DNA of 64,000 bases from positions 208,072,001 through 208,136,000 of the forward strand of contig OZ024740.1 of NCBI GenBank assembly GCA_964016885.1, given 5' to 3'. Every line of letters starts with the position of its first letter. Position 1 is the stretch's first letter. Under the pieces are notes generated by a model. The model was not told the DNA's origin. It saw only the letters and a program-made list of their open reading frames with translations, and ran no database searches. The DNA comes from Eledone cirrhosa. Lineage: Eukaryota. Made by a program: the position numbers and the translations under genes. Shown piece by piece: positions 29,274 through 44,129 of the stretch.

Positions 29274-31069
29274 GTATCTGATAATTGTTTTCGTTTCCTA
29301 TCTTGTGTGGCTGTCTACGAATTAAAATTTTACATTAACGTTAAAGCAGTCTTCTTTTCAATTTCATATATTGAGTTTCTGATTTTAACATAATTCTTAT
29401 TTGCCATCATCCTTCAAGGTATCTGGAACCATATCTATTATTTTAGTCTATATCCATTAGCTAAATTTGAAGTTAGCAATTATTTTCTACTTACGTTTTT
29501 ATTGTAATATGATGAATTCGTATACATCAACTTACAGTTTTACGTACTTTGCAATTATATTGAAAAACTCAATTTCTCACGATCATGCTAATCTCTGAAA
29601 TTTTATTTATTAAATTTTCTTTATCGCATTTTTCTCAAACTATAGAGAACTTTATAAACATTTTAAAGAATACATTTAAAAGATGTGTCATTTAAATGAA
29701 GCTAAATCTAATTTCAACAATATGGTTTCTAAAATTAAAAAAAAACACAGAGCTATCAACAAAACTTAACATCAATAAAGATGTTTTAAAAAACAGTGGT
29801 TCGGTTAGAAATTTATCGCAGCCATATATGAGGAAATGCAATTGAGTTTCGATCACCTTGTTTAGACATTAGTATGAAGAAGAAATAGTCGTATCAATTG
29901 GTTTTGAGTGAAGTGTAAAAGATTCCTTTACTTACGAATGTGTTTCTATTGAGTGACTTCGTGCAACATTTAGTGAGTTTGAACTGTCTTTTGTAGGATT
30001 CAAATATGTTTAGTGAGATTGAGCTATATTTGAAGGAATTTGAGCTGTTGTTGCTGAGATTTGGATGTATTTGGTGAATTTAAGCTTTGTTTAGTGAAAC
30101 TGAGTAGCATTTAGGGAGGTGTGTAAGTTTCAACTACGTTTGGTGTAGTTTAATGTTTTCATACTTATTATTTGTATTATTATCTGTATTCAAAGTTGAA
30201 CTGTAAGATTTAGCGAGATTGAACTGTCAATTTGCCTTTAACTACCAATCCATGACTCTTAACAGCATAAAAATGAAATTTTCGTGAAACTCTATTGTGA
30301 TAATAATTCTAATGAAATGCACTGCGTACGTATTTCATTTCATTTCGAAAATGACCTCGAATTTGAAGAAATTTAATAAAATAACTCATTTTTTCATTAT
30401 AAATCTGCCGCTTGGAACATAACATAACAATTACCTTCTTAAATAAACTTATGAAGAATGTGTTTACGTTAAATAAGAACAGTTAAATGTGAACTATTTA
30501 GTGTCATAGAACTGAAGGAACTTGGGGCTATTCCAAGAGGGATTTCTTTAACGGATTTGTGAGAGGGTGAAGAGCAATTCCATGAGCATTTTCTAGTGTG
30601 AGCATGACTGGTGTGAGGACTTAAAGTTATTTTCAGATTGGAAACCTAGCTCAAATGCTTGCAACGTAGTAGCTTTCGCTGAAAGCTCTCAAGAAACAGA
30701 CGACTTTTAAACCGGTCGAAGGATTAAATCTACTACACAAGAATAGGAACGTTTCCTCCGACGAGCTTCCGAAGTTGTTACCTACAAGAATCTCAATCGG
30801 AATAATTAGTCGAACTGAGGATATGGAAGTAGAGACTGGCCAAAATAGCACGCAGTAGTTTAGAAACCGGGAGCAAGGTGTATAGACAGGAAGATATCAT
30901 ACAAAGTTTTGTATTTATGATGTCTATATATACAAGCATATGCAACTGGCCTTATCTAACCTTTTACACATTGCATCTTTCATTTAACTTTTATATATAT
31001 ATATAAACAAGAAAAAATAACAGGCATATAAACATACACACCACATACACCCAAATACTTACACACGTG

Positions 31070-31150
<81 letters not shown>

Positions 31151-31154
<4 letters not shown>

Positions 31155-33460
31155 AGAAAGAAGAATGACACGGTTTGCTATACAAAAAAGGTTTTTAATC
31201 ACATTGCTGACAATTAGAATATCCCGCTTATCCTCAAACCTAGAAAGTTTTAATGAACATGCTAACTATTATAACGCGGCATTACATAGGGCCGGACACA
31301 AAGAAAAGCTCCAGTTTATAACGAATAAAGACAACTCAAACAAACCTACTAACAATGACACCAACCGCTCACACAAAAATAGAGGTAACAGGACTAGACA
31401 TAGAGTTAAGCACGTACCACCTAGAGTAAGTGGTCCAAACACCAATAATGTAAACCCTGGAAACAATAGAAGAATCAGAGAAAGAAAATACCTGTGGTTC
31501 AATCCAATCTTCAACTCCTCTGTAAAAACTAGACTGCCGTCTACGTTCTTTAAACTAATAGATAAACACTTCCCTATATCACATAGATATCATAAAATAC
31601 TCAATAGAAAAACTATAAAACTCTCATACTCTACGGCTGCAAATATAGAATCACACATACGCAAGATCAACCACAGAAATACCTCTAAGGAATCCGCCCC
31701 ACCTATGCGCAACATAGCACCAAATTATAAACATAAACACATCACAGTATCACAACCGCAAACGCATACAAGCACGCAGCAACAAAACCTCAACGGGCAT
31801 GAATCACAACCCACTTATAGCAGTGTACAAAACAGCAGTGTGGAAGCTACACGGAATAACACCTCAAACTGCAACTGTCACCTACCGGATAGGTGCTCAT
31901 TGGCGAACAGATGCCTTGATTCGAGCCTAGTGTACATGTGTACGGTGAACTCGGGCAACTCCACTTGGCATTACATTGGATCCACCGCGGTAACGTTTAA
32001 AAAAAGATGGTATGTGCACAGACACTCGATGAAGAACCGTGCACTTATAGGTTCTACAACCCTCGCCAAAAACATCTGGGAACTTAAGGACAATAACACC
32101 AACTACAATATCAACGGGTCGAGGTTGTCGGCCGTAAGGGCATACAGTACCGGTATGTCCTATTGTAGGCTCTGTGATCTTGAATTACTGTATATCCTTA
32201 GGAATGAAAAAAGGCTACTCAACAACAAGATAGAAAGATCAATTTTCTGCAGACACAGGATCGCCACTAAATTCACAAGATTTAAGCCACCGTGAATCGA
32301 ACCAACATAACTTATCATTCACCATATGATATCCACACTATTACACAGACCACCACAGAACTATAATACTCATTAAGCAGATTCTAGTCTTCTTAATTCT
32401 ATACCACAGTAATGTCTGCAAATATCTTATCAACCCATAAATATATCCCTTCTCAGCTGCTGTCAACACAACTTCCTCACCCTTGATTCTCAACAGATGA
32501 ACCTAAGTCCAAGTACATTTTCAGAATACTACCACAGTAAAACATAACCTTCCTCCTGTTGTTATAATTGTAGTCAGCATGTTTTCTCTATATATATATA
32601 TATATTGCCTCCTTAACCTCTGTATTAACTTACCTATTATATTGCTACTCTGTTAATGTTATCTTATACATGTATGTTATTGATGATGTGAAAGCTAAAC
32701 AACCCCATGATTCGAACTAACAATCCCTTCATCTAATATAGACCACATAAATATTGAATCCACTTCACACCACAAAAATTACTATCCTCACTACAGTGAT
32801 GAATATTTTATCTGTCAGATAATAAATAATTCTTACGGTCACCAGACCTACGGTAAAGGAAATGATACATTGTTTAAAGCCCCGGCTTATCTCTACACTA
32901 TATATAATACACCTCATGACAGCTTTTACATGTCAATTTCATACATCTGCCTCGTATCAGCTCGTTTTACATGCTAAAGTCGTAAGTACACTCTATGTCT
33001 TACTTAGATTGATATTGTTATTATTTCAAATTATTTATTGCTAGCATTGTTAGTATTTTTGTTATTGTTCTGATTGAATGACATTACTATATATAGAAGC
33101 CATGCCTGTGTACTCCCTTCATTCTCGCTAGCTCTGATGAATTGACAGGTTACAACTATGTATTGGTGATCGATTGACGCGAAAACAGGCGGGTAGCGAT
33201 CTCTAGACCTATCAGTTCAGAGAAACAATTGTCAGCAATGTGATTAAAAACCTTTTTTGTATAGCAAACCGTGTCACTCTTCTTTCTTGATTTATCATTA
33301 CTCCAAGTGTTAACAACATAGAAATCAACGCGTACTCGCAACATCACTATGGAAACGCCTTGTTGAGTCAAACTTAGCCAAGCGTTGATATCATCCACTA
33401 CTCGGAGTACCCTAACTGGACTACACCTAAATGAACCTCCTATAACAATAATCTGTTATC

Positions 33461-33463
<3 letters not shown>
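31151..33463 (+). mobile_element. 5'-truncated Naiad-type PLE with inverted 5' pLTR piece
   Basis: ORF 31165-32295: RISRLSS, LWFNP, CNCHLPDRCSLANRC, VYMC..YIG..RW..H, CRLCDLE, CRH; 31151-31215 is the reverse complement of 33227-33291. Confidence 0.9.
33131..33236 (+). ncRNA. Type I hammerhead with ~81-nt stem II extension
   Basis: gct CTGATGA [81 nt] GAAA caattg TC agc. Confidence 0.7.
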
Positions 33464-33502
<39 letters not shown>

Positions 33503-33529
33503 TCAAAAGATGGTTAAAAGAGTTCCATG

Positions 33530-33600
33530 TATTTTATTATGCGCATTTCAAAAACAAATATCATCATGGGATGATATCTGCGTTCTCATTAGATAAAATA
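33530..33600 (-). ncRNA. Family C hammerhead with core G5A (probably inactive)
   Basis: CTAATGA instead of CTGATGA; the rest is conserved. Confidence 0.7.
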
Positions 33601-33960
33601 CGGAGACATGATATGAAGCTTAAAAAACACTTGTGAGGAGTGAAGTTTTAAATCAATATATGAAAAATAAATTAAGATGGATGTATGAGATTGGGAAAAA
33701 GTGAGGAGGGGTTGGAAAAGGTAAGGAAGAGGAAAAAATAAGAGTAAAGGATGGTGGGGGTAGAGTATAAGAAGGAAGGATGAGAGAGGAGGAGAGATGT
33801 GTGATAGAGAGAGAGATAGCCTTTACAACTGAGAAAAAATATTGTCTCACAGAGAGAAATTAAAAAGCCGTTGGAAGATAATAGATAATTTAAAAGATTT
33901 TGAAATTAAAAGTTTTTTTTGCATTGCTTTATTGTGCTACAAGAAAACTCACCTCCTACA

Positions 33961-33992
<32 letters not shown>

Positions 33993-34647
33993 ATACTTTG
34001 GGAAGATCATGTTGCCAATAAAAACAATAAAAACACACGCACCTATTGGTTTTCACTTCAATTTATTTTAAATTTCCGGTTGGTTGGTTGGTTGGTTGGT
34101 TCGATAACCGGAAGGTTGTTTATATATTGTCAAATCTCTTTTGTCAGGGATAGGTTTTTATTTTGTGTCTCTCCTTTGTTCTGTCCTAGACCAAAGTATG
34201 CCAATATCTGTTTCAACACACGTTTTCAGATAAGAAATCTCGCAAAACAAATTAAAAATATATATATATATATTATTTTCATATGACGATGACTATACAT
34301 CATTTTCAATATCTTCATAGAAAATATGCGGTGACACTCTATTTAATATGACTAAATATGGAACGGTGTTTACGCTCCATTTCAGAGGAATGTAGACAAT
34401 ACTTGGTTTTATACAGATTTTTATTGTGACCTATCCCATATCATAAATTTGTTTACTCATATAATTACCTACATATCGACTACTTTTAAAATCTATTTAT
34501 TTGTTTTTCTCCTTCTTTCATTCTCTCTTTCTCCCACTCTCTTTTTCTCTCTTTTTCTTGTACTCTTTCTCGCTCATTCTCGCTCTCTCTCTCTCTCTCT
34601 CACTCTCTCTCTCGCTCTCTCTTTCTCTCTCACACTATCACTCTCTT

Positions 34648-34694
<47 letters not shown>

Positions 34695-34707
34695 TTATAT
34701 ATATATT

Positions 34708-34801
<94 letters not shown>

Positions 34802-34823
34802 GATGTATATATATATATATATA

Positions 34824-35094
34824 TTGTTATACTTGGGGAGGGTCATATTGTTGTAATAATATTGCCAGAAATAATAACAGAACACACTCACTGTTTGGTT
34901 GGTTTTCGCTTCTGTATCTTTTATATCTCCACAGTTAATTCATTCGGTCCTCAATGTTTTCCATTGACTGACCAACGGTCAAAAATACAGATATAATAGA
35001 GATATAAACACATATATATATTCTAACAAAGTTCTTTTGTTGCACATCTACAACATCATCAGTGGTACTATTATGTTCCTCCTGTTGTATTGTA
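34824..35094 (-). mobile_element. Solo pLTR of the 44.1-46.8 kb PLE family with decayed hammerhead
   Basis: Reverse complement of 46547-46807; HHR at 35025-35066 has GAAA->AAAA. Confidence 0.8.
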
Positions 35095-35324
35095 TAATTA
35101 CAATACATATACATACATATTTACACACTTTTGGATGGCCGTTGACTCTTATAGGTTCTTCCGCTCTTTATTAGGTTTTGGTTTTTGTCCTGCAGAGTGT
35201 CCAAAATCACCCTCCTCACCAAGAAAACTTGGTGGGGTTGCCGGTTTAGTCGCCGACGCGACCCAACCATGCGACAGGTTGTACTGGGAAACATGTTACC
35301 AGTAGCACTCAAGAGTGACCCGAC

Positions 35325-35397
<73 letters not shown>

Positions 35398-35810
35398 CCC
35401 AGTGCATTACTGATACTTTATTTTATCGACCCCGTAAGGATGAAAGGCACACCTGTTTTCCTAGTTAAATCTGTTTGCCCGTTTGCTCTCAATTCTTACT
35501 CTCGTCTATCTTTCTTGCTGCTCCCATTCTATATTCCGATGATGGAACCACGTCCTAACTGTGAGAACACGCTCTCTACTATATCAAGCGTTCTTCTAAT
35601 ATAAATAACACTATGTACGATATCGTTCGTTCGTGCTTTTTGCCTTGTTGAATTTTATATAAAACAATATCAAATTTACATGGTAATATGTATTGTTGAT
35701 ATTATTGAATATTGAATTTCTCAGTTAAATAACTATGATATTCATATATATTTCTTCTTCTTCTTCTTCTTCTTCTTCTTCTTCTTCTTCTTCTTCTTCT
35801 TCTTCTTCTT

Positions 35811-35968
35811 CTGTCAGAGCTAGTGAAAATATATGATATTTTCTGGCTGATCAGTGGATCTACTAATATGCAGATCTGACTGATCAGCTAGACTGTTAAT
35901 ATGCAAATCAGACCGATCAGTCACTGTATATTTTAGAAAATATCATATATTTTCACGAGCTCTGACAG
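35811..35968. repeat. MITE-like element with 34-bp inverted termini
   Basis: CTGTCAGAGCT.GTGAAAATATATGATATTTTCT at both ends, inverted. Confidence 0.7.
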
Positions 35969-35987
35969 TTGGCAGGTGAACAGTGAG

Positions 35988-36031
35988 CTGTACTGATGAA
36001 GGGTAATACCCCAAAACATTAGTGTCTGCAG
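35988..36031 (+). ncRNA. Decayed type I hammerhead
   Basis: ctgta CTGATGA a gggt aat accc c AAAA cattagtg TC tgcag (G12A). Confidence 0.6.
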
Positions 36032-36218
36032 TTCTGTTTGCATGCCAACACAAGGGCAAGAATGAAGGGCTCATTCTACTGACATGGCTTTTTAAAAAAT
36101 AGGCTGTTTTATTATTGATATTCGAATATTATTATTGATATTCGAAAAGCTCAGAGTACATTTATTGTATTCAGCCATGTAGAGCGAACTCTTTTATATA
36201 TATATATTTATATATATA

Positions 36219-36275
<57 letters not shown>

Positions 36276-36592
36276 GTGAAAGCAGCGATTCTTTGCTTAA
36301 ACTTTAATCTGTTATTTTATTAAATATTTGCTCTACGGTTCTTATATATTTGATATATATTTTCCTTATCGAGCCCTCTTTGGATTTTAGTCTTCAATTT
36401 TATTATTATTACTATATATATATATTTATATATCCAAAATTAAGATAAATCAAATGAATTTAATCTAAATCAAAATTATGGGTGTCATGCCAGAAAGACA
36501 TGCGCCATATCACCCGCAAAATAAGCTCTAAGATTCTAAAAATTATCTCCTGTGATTATTCATGTTTATTTATATGTTAATCAATTTCTAGT

Positions 36593-36691
<99 letters not shown>

Positions 36692-36853
36692 AGGTAGTAC
36701 ACTGGAAGCTAATATCCGTAGTGGTACAGCACTCAGTCCATTGGACGAGTTATGTAGAGGTGTTTACACAACACTTAGTTCACCTTAGCGTTAATTGTTT
36801 CACCTGCGCGTCCATACTGTTGTCCTTCCTGTTCCGTATAACCATGTCCATTA

Positions 36854-36891
36854 CGAGCTGAGGATGCGCTAAGGTGAAACAATTGTTCTCG
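36854..36891 (+). ncRNA. Minimal type I hammerhead
   Basis: cgag CTGAGGA tgcgctaaggt GAAA caattg TT ctcg; related 3' half at ~50494-50509. Confidence 0.78.
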
Positions 36892-36919
36892 GTATGGTGA
36901 ACTAACTGTTATGTAACCA

Positions 36920-36980
<61 letters not shown>

Positions 36981-37316
36981 GTAATGAATATAATCGAAGT
37001 TGCAGCTGCAAGTAATATATCTTCGAAGACTGTCATCACAAAGCACTCAATGATGAAGTAATTCATAAATTTCTCCTCAGAGTGAACACAAGAAATTAGG
37101 TAACAGTGACACCATGAACAATACTACCAGAGACATGTTGTCACATTAATATTACAACAACGAAAAATACATATAGGTTAAAGACGAACCTGGACCTGAT
37201 CGATAGATGTTAGCCGATAACTATCTTCGATAGGTCCCTGAGAATCCAGAAGTTCTACTCCAAGTTGCGTAATGTATATGCAAGTTAGAACTATATATAT
37301 ATATATATATATATGT

Positions 37317-37348
<32 letters not shown>

Positions 37349-37419
37349 ATACATACAAACATATAATACACACACACACACATATATATATATACACACA
37401 TATATGTACACACACACAA

Positions 37420-37461
<42 letters not shown>

Positions 37462-37463
<2 letters not shown>

Positions 37464-40400
37464 GTGGGAAAGTAAAAAATCGGAGAATAGACCGTTAAAA
37501 CATGTTTATTTAAAACAGCACCTACGTACGTTTCGCTCAGTTGGGCTTCTCAAGGGCATAAATAATCACAAGTGTTCCTTATATTGCTCGGAAAGAGTTT
37601 TTGGGGTTAAATCCACATCAAGGTTCATTGCTCGCAAAAATATCTTGTTTTGATTTTGCAGCAGGTCAAGGGAGGTAACTCTGGCCGGTGTTAGGGAAGT
37701 CTTTCCCGGACAATTTTTATTTTTTATTTTTATTTTGCCGCATCTGTTTGTCTGAGGCTGGGTCTGGTATGCAAGGATAGTTTCCTGGGTGTTATTTTGC
37801 AGCGCCTGCCCGCCGGGGTGTTAAGACTTGTTGCAGTGAGATCCAGTGTACGGTTTCACTCCTCATCCTTAACCCATCTGAAGAAGGATATTTTTAAGCG
37901 ATGTGTACAACTTATCGCTGTTTCAGCTCTGCTGTTGATGAGCTCGTGGGGTGCAGTTATGACGTGGGAAGGTGCAGTTATGAATAGGGAAGGATATAGT
38001 CACCAGCTTAGAAATAGAAAAATACACTAACCCGTACGTCCCTCTGACGCCTTAATTCTCTCTTAAGGATCACAAATATGACTTTAAAGAAAACCCCTCT
38101 ATTAGACTAATATGCCCCTCTACATCAGATATAGGTAAGATTAGTAAAGTGATCCTTGACAGAGTACTACTGGAGCTTAATAGAAAGGCTAAGGTCTGCC
38201 TCTGGGGCAACACCGACCAGGTCATAAATTGGTTCACCGAGTTGCAGGATAAAGCCACCCTGAAATTCATCCAGTTTGATATAGATAGTTACTACGCCTC
38301 TATCTCCTCCATACTCTTAAATAAGGCACTTATCTTAGCTAGATCTAACACTAGCCTCACTAAAAAAGAAATAGACTTAATTCTAGCGGCGCGTAGAACC
38401 ATTATCCAGTTCGAAGGCTCCCACTGGACCAGAACCGACCGTCCTGATAACTTCGATGTCACGATGGGGTCCAGTGACTCAGCGCAAGCAACTGACCTGG
38501 TCGGGATATACCTCCTACATAAGCTTAGGGAAGAGATACCGGCCCTACAAGGAGGTGTATATAGGGACGACGCCCTGTTTACCGTTAGGAACCATAGCTC
38601 CCGTAGGAGAGAGAACCTTAACAAACATATACACAGGTTCTTCAAGTCATACGGCCTATCCGTAACTATGGACCTCAACCACAGGGTTGTCAACTTCCTA
38701 GACGTGACCCTGGTGTTGAGTATGGGCTTATACAAGCCATACCATAAGCCTGGAGAGTGCCTCTCTTATATTAATTATGCCTCCAACCACCCTAAGCAGA
38801 CTCTCAACTCCATAGTCTATAGTATCTCACATAGAATCTCGAGGCTATCCGCCAATGAGGATATCTTCAACCAAGCGGCAAATTACTACAATAGGGCCCT
38901 GATAAGCGCCGGCTTTAACCGAGGAATTTCCTACATCCCTAACGCTAGCTCTAGAAACCACCCCCCTCATAAAACAAACGTTATAGTAAGCCATACCTAT
39001 AACCGATCACGCAGCGACCTCGTTGAAGTCGGATATAATAGAATAGATAACCGCACCAAAGATCACGACCCCGGCGACGGTGAACACTGTAGATTACTCG
39101 AACTATTCCCCTATTACAAAACCAACAAAGGCGACGGCCTACTACCTACGCCTTCCAACCAACATCTTCGCGTACATAAACATGGAAGAGATAGGAAGAG
39201 TGCACCCGAGCATAAAGTGAAAGGGGCACCGAACGGGCGACTGCGCATTAACACACATAAGAGCGGTCACCTAGAAGGAACGACCCGTAGCAAAAGTACA
39301 AGGACACGTAATCGCCACCGTAACGTCCTATGGTTCCAACCCCCTACTCTCGAAGTGTGGCCTCCAACATACCCCGGATGTTCTTCGAAGCCTTAGAGAA
39401 GAACTTCCCGCCCAACCATAGGTATAGAAAAATTCTTAATAGGAACAATATAAAAATATCCTTCTCTACTACTCCTAACCTAGCAGACATCATAGGAACA
39501 ACGAACCACAGTAAGATCACCAAGACACAGCACCTCGACACAGACGCACCTACACCTGACAATAACTATATCGGCCTTAACAACTCCCTGGCAGCATCCA
39601 ATAGTGTTGGCAACGGCATTCGCAGACGCAACCAGCATAACTGCGAAATGACTGGGGAACATGCAGGACATGACGGGCGGAATAACAATCGCACCACCCC
39701 GCGTGCTGTGGGTTGTAATGGTGCTAACGACAGCTGCGATAGCTTAGGTAGCAACGTAGGCAGCAACAATGATAGCCTTACCGTGGGAAATAGACGGAAC
39801 CGCGACAGAAATTGCAACAGCCGCGACAGAGGACGCTGCCCCCTTAGAGGATACTGCTTGACTGATAGGGTTATATATAGATGCACTATTACTAGCCACA
39901 ATAGCGTTAAACATTATATAGGGGCTACCTCCGGCCCGTTCAAAATTAGGTTTCGAACACATCTCCACTCTTTCACAAATAGAAAACTAAGGCACTCCAC
40001 TTCGCTCGCGGACTACATCACATCACTAAAGGACTTAAACATCAGCTTCTCCACGCACTGGGAGATTGTCGGCAGGGCTGCACCGTACAACTTCAAGAGG
40101 AAATGCCATCTTTGCCTCGTGGAGCTCTACCACATCATAACTGCACCCGACGAGCTCATCAACAGCAGAGCTGAAACAGCGATAAGTTGTACACATTCGC
40201 TTAAAAATATCCTTCTTCAGATGGGTTAAGGATGAGGAGTGAAACCGTACACCGGATCTCACTGCAACAAGTCTTAACACCCCGGCGGGCAGGCGCTGCA
40301 AAATAACACCCAGGAAACTATCCTTGCATACCAGACCCAGCCTCAGACAAACAGATGCAGCAAAAAAAAAAAAAATTGTCCGGGAAAGACTGCCCTAACA

Positions 40401-40785
40401 CCGGCCAGAGTTACCTCCCTTGACCTGCTGCAAAATCAAAACAAGATATTTTTGCGAGCAATGAACCTTGATGTGGATTTAACCCCAAAAACTCTTTCCG
40501 AGCAATATAAGGAACCCTTGTGATTATGTATGCCCTTGAGAAGCCCAACTGAGCGAAACGTACGTAGGTGCTGTTTTAAATAAACATGTTTTAGCAGTCT
40601 ATTCTCCGATTTTTTACTTTCCTACGTGCTTACGCTTTGCTAACTCTCTAGCCCACTAAATATTAACACTTCGAATATTTAATACTGCCGGCACTAGTAT
40701 CGAGCACCTTTGGCATACGCTACTTGGCAAATAACTATATGTATCACCTATCCTCCCCTTTTTTCTCTTTCTCGATACGTAAATA

Positions 40786-40790
<5 letters not shown>
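37462..40790 (+). mobile_element. Naiad-type PLE, 5'-truncated, with ~500-bp inverted copy of its 3' end
   Basis: RT: LKDHK, IRLICP, FIQFDIDSYYASI, FDVTMGSSDSAQ, YRDD, NFLDV, SNHP; GIY-YIG: CPLRGYC, VIYRC..HYIG..RF..H, CHLC..E; one frameshift near 39345; 37462-37967 is the reverse complement of 40130-40627. Confidence 0.93.
40532..40571 (+). ncRNA. Hammerhead, U3-A8 core variant
   Basis: gccc TTGAGAA gcccaactgagc GAAA cgtacg TA ggtgc; identical mirror at 37518-37557(-). Confidence 0.7.
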
Positions 40791-40822
<32 letters not shown>

Positions 40823-40934
40823 CTTGCCCGCCCAGCCAGTGGGATGGCGTCATCGTATGCCTAAAACAGCACGTACTGTGACCAGCGGCGCCGTATGGCG
40901 CCCGACAGACTGGTCTCTCAAGGTGATCAAGGTG

Positions 40935-42101
<1,167 letters not shown>

Positions 42102-42382
42102 AAAGACCGACAGAGACGGAGGCCGTTTCAGCAGACAGATAGAAAGATAACTTCCTGACCGAGACTGAGATAGACAGACAGATAAATTTATAAACAAACA
42201 AACGGCTATATATATATATATATATATACAGTAAATAGTTTGGAAGGCTTTAAAAAATGGCTGTTAGAGCTAGTTTAGCTAATGAGATGTGATTGCTGGT
42301 TATAGAGGGTTCGCATTATGCAAGGTATCATCATCTTAGTCATTGTAATAGCAATGTATTGGTAAACATTCTGACTCACTGA

Positions 42383-42466
<84 letters not shown>

Positions 42467-42735
42467 CTTTTGAAAATATATATATATATACACACAAACA
42501 AACACAAGCACACATCAGTGAGTCAGAATGAATATATATATATATATATATATTGCTTTTGAAAACAGCTGGTGATATACATGTAAGTAAATATTCTCTT
42601 TATCTGATATTTTGTAACTAACCTTACACAGATCAATAACGGAGTATAGCTACAATGTATTATCATCATCTAGAAACGATCGTAAAGCAGTGAAGTATAT
42701 CTCTAATGACTTGATTTTTTATTTCATTGTTTTAA

Positions 42736-42782
<47 letters not shown>

Positions 42783-42871
42783 TGCACACACGCACACACA
42801 CAAATATATATATATATATATATTTGTGTGTGTGTGTGCAGTATATATATCTATATATCTATCTGTATATA

Positions 42872-42919
<48 letters not shown>

Positions 42920-43340
42920 CGTGTGTGTGGGGGTGGGTGTGTGAGTGTGTGTAATGTACATATATATACACTCAAACACAAGCAACACAATATTTACCAA
43001 TATATATGTGTGTGTGGGTGTGTAAATTTAATGTATGTATATTCTTTGTATACATATGTGTGTACGAGCTGTTATTGGTACATCATTTTGAACATATATT
43101 TACGATAGCGAGATTCAAGTGAATGTAACTGTCTGTATTTTGACACATGTGTGTGCACAACTTTATGCGATGCTTCTTATTGGTTTTGTCATGTAGAATA
43201 ATGTTGCTCCTCTAAATATCTGGCATTTCTCTTATGTATTTGTCAAGCACTTTGTGCGCTCAACACACGTTTATATATCACATATACATATAGGAATGTA
43301 GGACAGAATTAAAGGATTTAACATTTTTAACTCTATTTGT

Positions 43341-43408
<68 letters not shown>

Positions 43409-43446
43409 ACAAATAGAGTTCAAAATGTTAAATTCTTTAATTCTGT

Positions 43447-43552
<106 letters not shown>

Positions 43553-43556
43553 AATA

Positions 43557-43968
43557 AAATTTCGCTTCAAGCATATTTCTATACAAATATGTATAGAAAT
43601 TTCGTATTTCTAAAGAAACACGCTTTTAGGAAGCCGTAGCTATGCAGAGACCGGGGCTAACGCCCTCTGGTGGTGTCCAACAAAAGCAAGGGGGACAACC
43701 GTCTATGCATTTCAGGCTTGACTGGCCTTCGTGAGGACGGTCCCTCCCAGCACTTGCAACTGCTGGACTTGAAAACAGTCGAGAATATATAGTTTTCTCG
43801 TCTGTGAAAATGAGGTGATTAATCTCATTTGCATATGAAGCTGCATAAGTTGGCTCAACTTATAATAGAATAGAAATAGTATTTCGCTTCAAGCAGAGCT
43901 TTATACAAATACGTATAGAAATTTCGTATTTCTAAAGAAACACGGTTTTAGGAAGCCGTAGCTATGCA
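43557..43968. repeat. ~90-bp direct repeats flanking ~230 bp
   Basis: ATTTCGCTTCAAGCA...GGAAGCCGTAGCTATGCA at ~43560 and ~43881. Confidence 0.8.
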
Positions 43969-44129
43969 AACACTTGTGCTCACGCCCTATGGTGGATATT
44001 TGTTTTGCAAGGTCTTTGATATGAAATCTTGTGTCGAAACAAATATTGTTGTACCGCTAAATTACCTTTTAATAAAAGAGTTTGTATACCATAACAAATA
44101 GATGACGAATTAGAGGCATAGTTTACCAT

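Noticed and set aside
31165-40229. Selenoprotein-type Naiad (UGA at Cys positions plus SECIS)
   Set aside because: The conserved Cys positions in the two well-preserved copies are not TGA, and I saw no convincing SECIS. The AUGA..UGA hairpin of family C is better explained as HHR stem II.
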